Notes under the pieces: generated by a model
The model's input: only the letters and a program-made list of their open reading frames with translations
Database searches by the model: none
Told to the model about the DNA's origin: nothing
IMG/VR virus record: IMGVR_UViG_3300021255_002251
Strand: one strand, 5' to 3'
DNA: 64,000 nucleotides
DNA from: a virus
Lineage: Duplodnaviria > Heunggongvirae > Uroviricota > Caudoviricetes
In this document: positions 41,039 through 50,162 of the stretch, piece after piece
Numbering within the stretch: the first letter of the stretch is position 1
How the letters are laid out: every line of letters begins with the position of its first letter
Translations under genes and position numbers: made by a program

Positions 41039-41066
41039 GGGTTGTCTCCTTTGCCGTATTGTCTGG

Positions 41067-41474
41067 TTATGGGGATATGCCGCCTGCAGCCGCAGCCTTT
41101 GCAGACCCTAGAAGTAGTTTCACGATGTATCCGCTTCCTCCAGCCGCCGCTATGTACCCTAGAAGGTTCCATAGCATCTTTGCGCCCTTTGCCTTGTGCT
41201 TCCATCCTTCCATCTCAACCTTCATGCCCTGCACGGTAGAAGTAAGGTCTGAGAGTCCAGTCTTGAGTTCGCCAAACATGGTTGCGGGGATAAGCCCTGA
41301 TTTGATCTCATTAACGGTGTGTTCAACCCTTTTCAGCCTGTCCGCCGTATGGGAAGTGCAGAGCCGATACTCCTGCTCTATCGTCTTGCGGACGGCTGCA
41401 ATCTGCGCGGGGTCTCCGCTAGCTTCAGCGAGGTTTAGTTTTTCCTCTAATTCTACTCTTCGTTCTTCTGTCAT
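41067..41474 (-). CDS. Coiled-coil protein with C-terminal membrane segment (holin/antiholin-like candidate)
   Basis: RLKRVEHTVNEIK coil, then LWNLLGYIAAAGGSGYIVKLLLG. Confidence 0.45.
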   Translation of the reverse strand: MTEERRVELEEKLNLAEASGDPAQIAAVRKTIEQEYRLCTSHTADRLKRVEHTVNEIKSGLIPATMFGELKTGLSDLTSTVQGMKVEMEGWKHKAKGAKMLWNLLGYIAAAGGSGYIVKLLLGSAKAAAAGGISP

Positions 41475-41568
41475 AAAGCAACTCCTTGTCTGATTCTACC
41501 ATGAATCCTAGATGACGATTTTACACATCACTACTACACACATAGATTATCTACTAATTGCCTACTAA

Positions 41569-41730
41569 TTAATCTTTGCCCATTAGCTCGTCCATGGCCT
41601 TTATTACATCAGCGGTATGTGCTGCTTCTATCCTATCCGCTAGCGAATTCAGGTAGCCTTTCATATCGTTAGTAGAGACTCCAATGCGCAGTTCTATCAA
41701 TATATCGTCAATACTTTCTTCACGATTCAT
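41569..41730 (-). CDS. Small hypothetical protein (53 aa)
   Basis: My translation: MNREESIDDILIELRIGV...ELMGKD, with an upstream GGAG RBS. Confidence 0.5.
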   Translation of the reverse strand: MNREESIDDILIELRIGVSTNDMKGYLNSLADRIEAAHTADVIKAMDELMGKD

Positions 41731-41741
41731 TGAAATCTCTC

Positions 41742-42206
41742 CTAGAAGAAACCTAGTGCTCTTTCGGCATCATCAGTAGTTACTTTATAATCAACGATAA
41801 GAGTCTCAGTCTCATCATCATACTTAACTTCGACATTCCCATCTGCATCTCCTATGACAACTTCAATAGAATGTCCTCCACAAGAAGGCTTGTCATAAGG
41901 GAATACCACATTAAAAACGAATCTCCAAACAGTTGCTTGTCTCCCCATTGAATCATACAACTTTAACAATGCAAAACCCTTGCCTGGGAAAAATTGCAAT
42001 GTCTCTTCACTCGTATAAGCTAGATTAAGGATTTTAGATTTCACTTCTTCTTCAGAAAAATTCTTTACAACGCTTCCAAAAAAAAGAGAAGCAGTAAAAC
42101 CAGAAAGATCCGCAGTGGTATTTATCTGTATAGAGATAGGGTCGTTGCCAGAGAACGTTGTATCGTTCCCACGAATTATTTTTAGCTCTTTCAGCCGTCT
42201 CTTCAT
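41742..42206 (-). CDS. Hypothetical protein (BppU-N-like beta-sandwich candidate)
   Basis: LKIIRGND...; start at ATG 42206 with CAGGAG RBS; AT-rich. Confidence 0.5.
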   Translation of the reverse strand: MKRRLKELKIIRGNDTTFSGNDPISIQINTTADLSGFTASLFFGSVVKNFSEEEVKSKILNLAYTSEETLQFFPGKGFALLKLYDSMGRQATVWRFVFNVVFPYDKPSCGGHSIEVVIGDADGNVEVKYDDETETLIVDYKVTTDDAERALGFF

Positions 42207-42241
42207 ATATTTCTCCTGCCAAATGCCAAATGGACACTCCA

Positions 42242-42294
42242 TAAAAAAGGAGAGAAGAAAGGCTGTCGCTAGGCCGACCACCTCTCTTCTCTCC
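42242..42294 (-). terminator. Intrinsic terminator after the replication unit
   Basis: Minus strand ggagagaagagagg...cctttcttctctcc followed by tttttt. Confidence 0.8.
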
Positions 42295-42318
42295 GACTCG
42301 GGCTTTTCGCCCAAGGGT

Positions 42319-42597
42319 TTACTTCGTCTTCTTGGCAGGCTTCTTCGCCGTCGGGCGCTTCGCAGCCTTGACGAAAATCTTGCCTCCCTTCGGAAGGGTC
42401 ATCCTATCGACGACAACCTTCGTCATAGACTTGGCGAGTCCATTCTTCGCGGACTTCTTCACCGCTGGGACTGCCGTAGGCTTTGCAGGCTTCACCACAA
42501 TCTTCTTCGTGGCGACCTTTGGCTTCTTTGCGGTCTTGACGGGCTTCTTTACCGCCGCAACCTTTGTCTTCTTGACTGCTGGCTTCTTCGTTGCCAT
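42319..42597 (-). CDS. Histone H1-like Lys/Ala/Pro-rich DNA-binding protein
   Basis: MATKKPAVKKTKVAAVKKPVKTAKKPKVATKK...KKPAKKTK; nearly no acidic residues. Confidence 0.75.
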   Translation of the reverse strand: MATKKPAVKKTKVAAVKKPVKTAKKPKVATKKIVVKPAKPTAVPAVKKSAKNGLAKSMTKVVVDRMTLPKGGKIFVKAAKRPTAKKPAKKTK

Positions 42598-42632
42598 TGT
42601 CTTACTCCTTGTTTTCCCTTGTGAGTTAAGAA

Positions 42633-43004
42633 TTAGAACGGAAGGTTGTCGTCTTCAACAACCATGTCATCTTCGGTCGGTTCCGCTGGGGCTGGAATGT
42701 TTGGCTTCCCCTGCTGGAGAATGTCAATCTTCCATGCCTGGTTCTCGCAGAAGCACCTAGTCGGCGAGTTGTCGTCCTTGGACCAGAGACGTCCAGAGAG
42801 CGAGAAGTGAACCTTCACCTCCGCTCCTTCCGTGAGGGAATCCGCGAGAGAGCACTTGTCTTTCGTCAGGGTGAACGGAACGATGTTCGGGTATTGGCTA
42901 TCGCTCTTCTCCTTGACTCGGAACTCCCTCTTCTGGAATCCCTTGCTCCCGAACGTCTGTGTTGGGAACACCTCTGTGACGGTTCCTGTGAACTCGTATT
43001 TCAT
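42633..43004 (-). CDS. DUF3127-family single-stranded DNA-binding protein
   Basis: FTGTV..VFPTQTFGSKGFQKREF....QYPN.V.F....DKC...V.V.F.LSGR.W....F....AWKID; acidic tail ending DDNLPF. Confidence 0.85.
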   Translation of the reverse strand: MKYEFTGTVTEVFPTQTFGSKGFQKREFRVKEKSDSQYPNIVPFTLTKDKCSLADSLTEGAEVKVHFSLSGRLWSKDDNSPTRCFCENQAWKIDILQQGKPNIPAPAEPTEDDMVVEDDNLPF

Positions 43005-43027
43005 CTTTGTTTTTCCTTTCTTCTTGA

Positions 43028-44920
43028 TTAGATAATCATGTCGTCGAAACTATCCACATAAGCCCTATCCTCTTCTGACAAATCAGCAGAAGGCGTTGTC
43101 GGGGGTATGCTCATCTGCTTGTTCAGGTTCTCTACGGTCGCATGAGCCGCCTGCGACTGCATCTCCTCCTTCGCCGTCGCCTGCGCAACCATGCGCACCA
43201 TTGAAGGTGGTGCCGCCTCTGCCGTTATGGGTCTAGCCGCTATCTCCTTTGCCTCCGAAATCCTGCCGCTATGCTCCTTCAAGAGTGCATTGTATCGTTC
43301 AATGTCCCACTTGCTCAACTGGTCTCTTATGTGTGACGGTATCTCCAATCCGAGTTTTCCGCACACCTCCGCGCACTTCTGCGGCCAGAACATCGGATAG
43401 ACCACCGCTCCATTCTGTTCAGCCGTCTTGAATGGCTCTTCCAGAAATCTCCAATCTGCCATTATCCTATGGTACTTCTCAGCCTTGGATTCCTCATCAT
43501 TGCCTATGTACCATCGGAATGCCTGCTGGAACACCACGAACGGAAGTTCACCAGTAGGACCGTTCTGGTTCTTAGCGAGATTCCAAGACACTGCGGCTAC
43601 CGCCTTCGCCCTCTCGTCGTTCAGCCTAGGGTCGTTAGTCTGTTCGAGATAGTACAATGGAGGGTCGCTCTTCCATGCCGCTATTACTTCCGCAACCTTA
43701 TGGAGAAGTACAACTGTCGTAGCATCCTGCTCCAATGCACCAGAACCACGTAGATCGGACAGTTCAGGAGGGCGCTTGCCGTTTGGATCTTTCACATTGT
43801 CGCGGGACAACTGCGACAGCACAATCACGGGCATGAGACATTCGTTCGCCAACTGCTTAAGAATACCAGAGGCATAGGTGGCAATCTCATATTCGGAAGT
43901 CTTGTCCTTTACCTGAAATCTCTGAATGAAGTCTACCACCAGAATGTCTAGTTTCCCCGCCCTATGCCGCACCTCCGCCCAAGCCTTTAGCTTGTCAACG
44001 TTCGGTTCCACCGTCCATGTGATAAGTCCCGCATTCCCCTGTTCGCTTATCTTCTTAGATGCTTCCCTCACCCGATACTGCTCTTCGGGATTAGTCCATC
44101 CCTTCTCGCACCTCTTCGGAGACACCCAAGAAAGGTTGGCTATCGGCCGCTTGATTAGTTCCGTCACGGACATGTCGAGACAGTCAAATGCAACCTTATA
44201 TCCTAGGTCGTTCCAGAACGTGCAGCACTGCAGGACAAACGATGTCTTCCCCACAGACGGTCTAGCGGCAACTATGTGAAGCCCAGGCGCAAGACCTCCA
44301 GTCATGTGAGACATGCAATCCCATGGGTAAGGGATTCCGGGAATGTAATTGTAGTTGTGCTTTACGGCGAACTCCTCATAGGACTTGTCGTATGAGGCCT
44401 GCATGTTGTCAACAAGACTCGCTATGTCAATCCCGGATTCTGGGCTTTCGTCCTTCTGAATCTGCTGAATCTGCTTGGACAGTTCTATCATCCTCGCCGT
44501 GTTGGAAGCGAACTTTCCTTCGGCTTGAATGTTGTTCATCGCCTCATTGAGCCTGCGGCCGATTGCCGCCTCCTGCAGGATAGGAGCATAGGCTTCAATC
44601 GTCGTAGTCTCATCCTTGTCGGCGGAATCACGGAACCTCTTCGCATCGTCGATGAAGGACGGAGAAATCTTCTGCCCGAAGTATGGAGACTTCTTCCTAG
44701 TGGAAATCCTAACAGCCTCTTCTATGATGATCAGCGGCTTTATCTTGTCTACGGGAGTCTTCTTCCGAATGCTATCTATCGCCGCCCATATCAGTTTGCA
44801 CGACTGGTCTGAAAACCAGTCAAGGTTGGCTTTCACCTTAAGCGCATCTGGAATCCGTTTCGGCGGATTGTCAAATATGCATCCTAGGAATGCAAACTCT
44901 ATCTCTTTCGGCTGCCGCAT
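43028..44920 (-). CDS. dnaB: Replicative DNA helicase (DnaB family)
   Basis: GL....IVAARPSVGKTSF, LDMS, ILVVDFIQ, LKQLANECLMPVIVLSQLSR, PELSDLRGSGALEQDA, AKNQNGPTG. Confidence 0.93.
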   Translation of the reverse strand: MRQPKEIEFAFLGCIFDNPPKRIPDALKVKANLDWFSDQSCKLIWAAIDSIRKKTPVDKIKPLIIIEEAVRISTRKKSPYFGQKISPSFIDDAKRFRDSADKDETTTIEAYAPILQEAAIGRRLNEAMNNIQAEGKFASNTARMIELSKQIQQIQKDESPESGIDIASLVDNMQASYDKSYEEFAVKHNYNYIPGIPYPWDCMSHMTGGLAPGLHIVAARPSVGKTSFVLQCCTFWNDLGYKVAFDCLDMSVTELIKRPIANLSWVSPKRCEKGWTNPEEQYRVREASKKISEQGNAGLITWTVEPNVDKLKAWAEVRHRAGKLDILVVDFIQRFQVKDKTSEYEIATYASGILKQLANECLMPVIVLSQLSRDNVKDPNGKRPPELSDLRGSGALEQDATTVVLLHKVAEVIAAWKSDPPLYYLEQTNDPRLNDERAKAVAAVSWNLAKNQNGPTGELPFVVFQQAFRWYIGNDEESKAEKYHRIMADWRFLEEPFKTAEQNGAVVYPMFWPQKCAEVCGKLGLEIPSHIRDQLSKWDIERYNALLKEHSGRISEAKEIAARPITAEAAPPSMVRMVAQATAKEEMQSQAAHATVENLNKQMSIPPTTPSADLSEEDRAYVDSFDDMII

Positions 44921-44922
44921 CC

Positions 44923-45888
44923 CTACAGTTCTCCCCTAAGAATCTTCTCCATCGCCTCTCTCTCAGCCTTGCGGCTGCTGATTCGCTGCATATCGGCTAC
45001 TTCCTCATTCGTCATCTGCGATGCGACAACAGTCTTGGTCTCAAATTCCGATTCTATGTCCTTGCGCTTCTCTTCAGCCTCTGCTCTCTTGATCTCATGT
45101 ATCTTCTTGTCGAAATCGAGGGCTATGAAATGTATTGCAGATGAAATATTAGATAATGCATGTTTGTCTCTCGTGGAAACCCAGTTGCCTTCACGAGCTA
45201 ATCTATTGTAAGCATATTGGCAGAATTGTTCTGAGCAAACTAGTTTCTTGTTCTGGAACACCCAATTCCTTTCCAAATATTCTTTCAATGCCGCTGCATT
45301 AGGAATCCTCTTGTGCCAATCTGCTATTTTCTTTTTGTCTAATTCTGTTAGTTTAGGCTCTATCTTTCGGTATTGTTCGGAGAAATAACCAGACTCTTCC
45401 GCAGTCATGTCCAACGGAGTCATTGTAATCCGCTTCTCTTGCTGCTCTTCCTTCTGTATAGGTTCAGGCTTGTCGTCTATCGGTGCTTCTGATGTCTGTT
45501 CTACATTCTCCACATCATAGTCATCCGATGAAGTTGACGAACTCTCAAACTTGCCATGTCTGACAGCCGCTCCTATCCTGCCGGCCATAACCTTCTTGTG
45601 GTTCTTACCGCTACAATCCGATTCCCACATCCTGCTATTGATGTAGTCCGCAAGCATATTGTAGGTGTCTCGCCTCACTCTATCGCACGGGGACAATCGG
45701 CTACCATCGAAAGGCTTCTGAGGAGGCTCATACGGCAGTTCGTAAGGATTCTCCGGGAAAGCGATTGCGGCAAGGGTTTCCCACGCGGCAAGCCGCTCTT
45801 CTGGAGTTTCCCTCTCCATAATCCACCGAACATGCCCCTCCAAGAGGACTATGCTCTTTACATGTCTATCTTTTCCGCTCATCCGCAA
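44923..45888 (-). CDS. Putative replication initiator / helicase loader-associated protein
   Basis: Position directly before dnaB; KKVMAGRIGAAVRH motif and a disordered linker typical of phage replisome organisers. Confidence 0.5.
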   Translation of the reverse strand: MRMSGKDRHVKSIVLLEGHVRWIMERETPEERLAAWETLAAIAFPENPYELPYEPPQKPFDGSRLSPCDRVRRDTYNMLADYINSRMWESDCSGKNHKKVMAGRIGAAVRHGKFESSSTSSDDYDVENVEQTSEAPIDDKPEPIQKEEQQEKRITMTPLDMTAEESGYFSEQYRKIEPKLTELDKKKIADWHKRIPNAAALKEYLERNWVFQNKKLVCSEQFCQYAYNRLAREGNWVSTRDKHALSNISSAIHFIALDFDKKIHEIKRAEAEEKRKDIESEFETKTVVASQMTNEEVADMQRISSRKAEREAMEKILRGEL

Positions 45889-45912
45889 CCGCCTAGTTGT
45901 CGCAGGGAAGAA

Positions 45913-45942
45913 ATTATATCATAGTGATTGCTTGGGTGTAAA
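45913..45942 (-). promoter_or_regulatory. Sigma70-type promoter of the replication unit
   Basis: CCCCC TTTACA-N18-TATAAT with TGn. Confidence 0.75.
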
Positions 45943-45957
45943 GGGGGCAACCAAAAC

Positions 45958-46674
45958 TTAATTCATTTTCATGTCGTATAGGCAGTTGTTCAGCACGGAA
46001 CCATATGAGAACTGCCTCTTTGCGCAATCCCAAGTGACAAGGCCATAGCCGTAATGTCCCCAATCAATCCCCCATGAATTGAATATCATCAGACCTTCCG
46101 TGGTGTACCCGCAACACAGGACGGCATGGCCTCCAATCAGAGTCTGGTCTCCCTGCCCGTAGATGGACGGATTGTTGACATTACACTTGTACCACTCCTT
46201 AGAAATGTTCATGCCGAGTAGGCAGCAACCGAACTTGTGTATGGCATACTTCACCTGATCGAGATTCCGAAGAACCTTGATTGAGCAAGTGCCACTGTCG
46301 AAGATTCCCTTGTCAAGAAGTGCCTGCATGACAGCCGTGAGAGAAGTACCGTCAACATCCGGGCTTCCGTCGATTGTCTTCGCATACTTGTAAAGCATTA
46401 TCGGGTCGATCTCTGGGGGAACATCCTTCTTCCTCCATAGGACGTTCTCTGCGAACTGGCTTGCTGCATACCCAGCACAGGCCGGAACAGAACCTTGGTC
46501 TTCTACATGAGTGCAGTAGTTAGGCAACAGCACCTCATCAGGTGCAACGAACTTTTCCGCCGAGAACTTAAGAATCGGAAGTAAATCAATCTTAGGCGGC
46601 TCCATCAAGAACCCAACGGGGTGTCTCTTCTCAAAGTCATCTGCCGCCTTGTCTCTAAACAACCAATCAAACAT
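45958..46674 (-). CDS. Papain-like (C1 family) cysteine peptidase
   Basis: VEDQGSVPACAGYA (Gln, Cys), GGHAVLCCGY (His), NSWGIDWG..GYG (Asn). Confidence 0.92.
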   Translation of the reverse strand: MFDWLFRDKAADDFEKRHPVGFLMEPPKIDLLPILKFSAEKFVAPDEVLLPNYCTHVEDQGSVPACAGYAASQFAENVLWRKKDVPPEIDPIMLYKYAKTIDGSPDVDGTSLTAVMQALLDKGIFDSGTCSIKVLRNLDQVKYAIHKFGCCLLGMNISKEWYKCNVNNPSIYGQGDQTLIGGHAVLCCGYTTEGLMIFNSWGIDWGHYGYGLVTWDCAKRQFSYGSVLNNCLYDMKMN

Positions 46675-46686
46675 AACGACATCCTA

Positions 46687-46866
46687 TTACTTCGCCCACC
46701 AAGGAATGAAATACGGGAAGTGAGGTGCATCCACGTTCTGTTTCTCGTCAGATATGTTCGTTGGAAACACTATCGGCTGCGGATTGTCTCCACAACCTCC
46801 GTTCCTAGAGCAGCACCCACTTATCAGCATCAGTGCCGCAATGCCTATAGCAAGAATCTTCTTCAT
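46687..46866 (-). CDS. Small lipoprotein
   Basis: MKKILAIGIAALMLISGC lipobox. Confidence 0.75.
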   Translation of the reverse strand: MKKILAIGIAALMLISGCCSRNGGCGDNPQPIVFPTNISDEKQNVDAPHFPYFIPWWAK

Positions 46867-47174
46867 TTCCAATCACTCTGTCCTGTTCTTGCCTCATTCT
46901 CACTTATGCAGTATTTGGCCCTTATAAAGTCGTCATAAGTCTTCTTACAGGCATCCTGCAACCGCTTCTTCGCTTTTGACGGAGCAATCTTCGCAGACGA
47001 AAGAAGCCCCATTGCGGCATTGTATAGTTCTCCGATGTTCTTGAAAGCCAAGTAACATCGCCCAAGATTGTATTCTGAATACCGAGGAATCTCATCGTCC
47101 CCAGCATCTAGTGCGAGGAAAGTCTCTATCCCTGTCTGGAAAAAAGGATAAGGTCTATTGCAAGAACTTCCCAT
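46863..47174 (-). CDS. Hypothetical protein
   Basis: 103-aa ORF coupled between pncA and the lipoprotein gene. Confidence 0.55.
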   Translation of the reverse strand: MGSSCNRPYPFFQTGIETFLALDAGDDEIPRYSEYNLGRCYLAFKNIGELYNAAMGLLSSAKIAPSKAKKRLQDACKKTYDDFIRAKYCISENEARTGQSDWK

Positions 47175-47182
47175 ACATCACC

Positions 47183-47731
47183 TCAAACTATCTCTATCTG
47201 CTGATTACGGAGAACCGTGAGTGCCGCCTTATGCGACTCCTCATTTATGTCCCCGCACAAATCCTGCAGAAGCACAATCTTCTGGTTCGGCATGTAAGCA
47301 CGGAGCATTACCGCACAAGCCGTGACACAAATGCTAGTGCAATACCCACACATATCAACCTCTTCAATAGGGCCATACTTGTGTATCATTTCTCTAATGA
47401 ACTGCCCTACAAGCGAAGTCCCGAACGTGGGCTTGTCAACTATAGCAATATCTCCTCGATTGGCCAATGTCTGCAACTCCCCTACAAGTTCCCATCCCTT
47501 CGTCTGGTGAATGCAATGAGGAACTGGAAGTTTCTTCCCCTCCAATGTGTTTAGGTAGTTTTCGTGGTGTGTGTCGCGGGTTGCAATCACAACATCCCCA
47601 TTCGCAAGAAATTCTTTCACATTGGATATGATTAACTCCGTGTTGCTCTTTTTCGGATAGCCATAGGCAAGTGCTCCGCCTTTCACGAAATCATTCTGTA
47701 CATCCACTACCACAAGAACTTTTGTTGCCAT
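47183..47731 (-). CDS. pncA: Nicotinamidase (isochorismatase family)
   Basis: LVVVDVQNDFVKGGAL, TRDTH, PHCIHQTKGWEL, DKPTFG, GYCTSICV (Asp-Lys-Cys triad plus metal His residues). Start at ATG 47731. Confidence 0.9.
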   Translation of the reverse strand: MATKVLVVVDVQNDFVKGGALAYGYPKKSNTELIISNVKEFLANGDVVIATRDTHHENYLNTLEGKKLPVPHCIHQTKGWELVGELQTLANRGDIAIVDKPTFGTSLVGQFIREMIHKYGPIEEVDMCGYCTSICVTACAVMLRAYMPNQKIVLLQDLCGDINEESHKAALTVLRNQQIEIV

Positions 47732-47759
47732 TGTTTTTCCTTTCGCAGTTGACACCTCA

Positions 47760-47789
47760 ATTATACCATATCTACATTGTGGGAATCAA
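47760..47789 (-). promoter_or_regulatory. Sigma70-type promoter of the pncA unit
   Basis: CCCTC TTGATT-N18-TATAAT with TGG. Confidence 0.78.
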
Positions 47790-48646
47790 GAGGGTGTAAC
47801 ATCTTCGTTCGTTTTTTCTGAACTCTCTATGAACGGGGCTATTAGATTGTCGAAGTCTCTCACGAGTCGATGCATTGATTCTCTATCCCACTCCAAGCCT
47901 TTAATCCGATTCGCTATCCTTTCCTTCTCATTGAATTCTTCTTTCCTTTTTCTTGCACTTTCCTTGTATGACTCAGATTTGTATCCCAACCGATATGAAT
48001 CAATCCCAAGAATCTGCAATGCATCCAATGCATCTAACAATCTGCTCTTCTGGTCTTCATATAGTTTCTTGTAGTCCGTGCCATGCATTGCCTCCCACCT
48101 TCCGTCTGCCTTGCCCCTTTCGTACTCCGCCTGCAACTGAGCCTTCTTCTCGTCTTCTCCATCGAACTGCCCGTTGTGCTTCATGCAACGCATCAGTTCA
48201 AAAGCAAAGCCCCTGCTGATTGTACGAATGTGTTCATCGTGAAGAGCTATAGGCTTGCGGAAGACTTTCAACTGATTCTTTCTGTCTTCTGTCCCGGCAA
48301 TCGCTTTGTAGATTCCCCAGTTCTTAGGCACCAAAGCACAGTATTCGGCATCGAGAACATAGTCAGGAGCGACAATTGAGTAGTAGTCAATCTCAGAGAA
48401 GAAGATGTTGTGCTTGGACGGGTCGAACAGTTCGTGCCGCAAGTCGCTCTTACTAATCTTCACCTCAAATGCATGGATCCCAAAGCCCTCTCCTGCATAG
48501 CAGTTCGCCGCCACGAGATCAAGACGGCGCTTCCCTCCGCCAGTCGTGTTGCCGACCTCCGTTGCACAGAGCCATTGTCTCCCGTCTGAAAACCGTTTGT
48601 TCAAGAGGGCATAGATGTCCTCTGCCGTGAACTTTCCGTCTTTCAT
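47786..48646 (-). CDS. MmcB-like PD-(D/E)xK nuclease family protein
   Basis: TEV...RRLDLVA....IHAFEVKISKSDL..EL..P.K...FF..IDYYSIVAP...P.NWGI. Confidence 0.75.
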   Translation of the reverse strand: MKDGKFTAEDIYALLNKRFSDGRQWLCATEVGNTTGGGKRRLDLVAANCYAGEGFGIHAFEVKISKSDLRHELFDPSKHNIFFSEIDYYSIVAPDYVLDAEYCALVPKNWGIYKAIAGTEDRKNQLKVFRKPIALHDEHIRTISRGFAFELMRCMKHNGQFDGEDEKKAQLQAEYERGKADGRWEAMHGTDYKKLYEDQKSRLLDALDALQILGIDSYRLGYKSESYKESARKRKEEFNEKERIANRIKGLEWDRESMHRLVRDFDNLIAPFIESSEKTNEDVTPS

Positions 48647-48837
48647 GATTTTTCCTCGCATTTAAGATATTTGCAATTAGGACAAAGTACCTGCGGTGCT
48701 ATCCCTTCTCCGCAGTACCATTTTTCGCTTCTCAAAGCAACTCTCATGCCTTCTTCGTCTTTTATCATTCGTGGAATAGGAGAAGCAAAAGGCTGGTGGC
48801 AAAAATCGCATTCAGCAATAAAGACTTTCCGTACCAT
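48643..48837 (-). CDS. Small Cys-rich hypothetical protein
   Basis: CDFC...LCPNC; ATGA overlap with the next gene. Confidence 0.55.
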   Translation of the reverse strand: MVRKVFIAECDFCHQPFASPIPRMIKDEEGMRVALRSEKWYCGEGIAPQVLCPNCKYLKCEEKS

Positions 48838-48841
48838 ACTG

Positions 48842-49219
48842 CTATTCCTCTACCGCACTTTCATGATAATACTCAATTACCGAAGTGGAATACCCTCGCT
48901 TTAACACGTTGTCAACATATTGATTAACCGCATCCAGAATAGTTGTGCCGACATAAACCTCTTGCTCTTTCCCTGTCTTATAATTATGTCCACACACATT
49001 CCCCTTGGTCCATTGATAGGCAAATGTAAAGGTTTTATTATGCTTCAATCTATAGTCAAGAGACTTTAGTTCTTCATCCCTCCTCACTTTTAGTTCTTCA
49101 AGAAAACGAACAAGGTCTTGAAAATCATGCTCGTTGAACTTCCAATCCCCTTGTGATACTTTCTTCACTTTTTTTATCGCGCCTTCCAATGTCATTTTAG
49201 GTCTCCTTTTATCGGCCAC
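48842..49219 (-). CDS. Hypothetical protein
   Basis: ORF in the tightly packed minus-strand run. Confidence 0.55.
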   Translation of the reverse strand: MADKRRPKMTLEGAIKKVKKVSQGDWKFNEHDFQDLVRFLEELKVRRDEELKSLDYRLKHNKTFTFAYQWTKGNVCGHNYKTGKEQEVYVGTTILDAVNQYVDNVLKRGYSTSVIEYYHESAVEE

Positions 49220-49321
49220 TCAAATCCAAAGTTGCTCCGCTTAATCTTGCAGCACGGCTGTCAGCCCTTCCAGAATACAATGCCCTCAATAGACATCTAA
49301 GAGTGATTTCTGGAACTTTCT

Positions 49322-49600
49322 TCATTGATTCTTCCCCTTCCCGCACAGTGCTCTCCAAAACGCCTTCCATGCAATCACATACCAATATGCCGCTCTCTTA
49401 AAAAACGGTCTACCCCAACCGCTGACATCGCTCAAAAGATTACTAACTACACGTGGCACATCCTTACAGATGTCTGCACCATAAGAGATTGGCAAACCAA
49501 CGATTGTGACAATCAGAATAATAGGAAAGATGCTCAATGCCCATAGGCGCGGGCTTCCCTCATGAAATCTTTCCATGAACGATTTGCGGGGTTCAGTCAT
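49322..49600 (-). CDS. Hypothetical membrane protein
   Basis: Hydrophobic WALSIFPIILIVTIVGLP; ATGA coupling. Confidence 0.5.
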   Translation of the reverse strand: MTEPRKSFMERFHEGSPRLWALSIFPIILIVTIVGLPISYGADICKDVPRVVSNLLSDVSGWGRPFFKRAAYWYVIAWKAFWRALCGKGKNQ

Positions 49601-49803
49601 TGATTAATCCTCTCCGTAGCGTCGTGAATGCATTTCTCTAATTCCTTGTCGGCCTCTAATGTAGAGAGTGTTGCCCCCTTTATCAAACCCCAAGCCATTG
49701 GGTACTTCTCTTCATCCAAGTCGCATCCTGCTTCAACCAACAACTTGTATGCCGCATGGGTCTTCGTCCCTGCTTCCATCAGATGTCGTTCCTCCCAAGT
49801 CAT
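49597..49803 (-). CDS. Hypothetical protein
   Basis: ATGA coupling on both sides. Confidence 0.55.
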   Translation of the reverse strand: MTWEERHLMEAGTKTHAAYKLLVEAGCDLDEEKYPMAWGLIKGATLSTLEADKELEKCIHDATERINQ

Positions 49804-50162
49804 TTGCTTTGCCCTCCATTAGAATAATTTTGCATCCCAGCAGGATTCAAAAGTGCGAGTTCGGTCATAATCGCAACCGAAAGGCCATTGCCGTCTAGCC
49901 GTCCAGCCGCAAACTCACCATTGAGGAATCGCAAATGGTTGATTACCGTCTTGTACACCTCTATTACCTGTTTGTCGAACTGCCTATTCCACAATGCGAT
50001 AGCCTTCTCTGGATTGTATGATCCTGGTCCACTTGCATCACACTTGCAGCAACTCACAAAATATATGATTCTCCCCTTGGGATCTGTAAGCCAGTCCGCA
50101 ATCTTCATTATAGAACTTCCGCAAAAAGGGCAAGGAATTATCTTTGTACTCGTAATAGTCAT
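49800..50162 (-). CDS. Lar-family restriction alleviation-like protein
   Basis: IPCPFCGS....FVSCCKCDASGP....KAIALWNR. Confidence 0.8.
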   Translation of the reverse strand: MTITSTKIIPCPFCGSSIMKIADWLTDPKGRIIYFVSCCKCDASGPGSYNPEKAIALWNRQFDKQVIEVYKTVINHLRFLNGEFAAGRLDGNGLSVAIMTELALLNPAGMQNYSNGGQSK

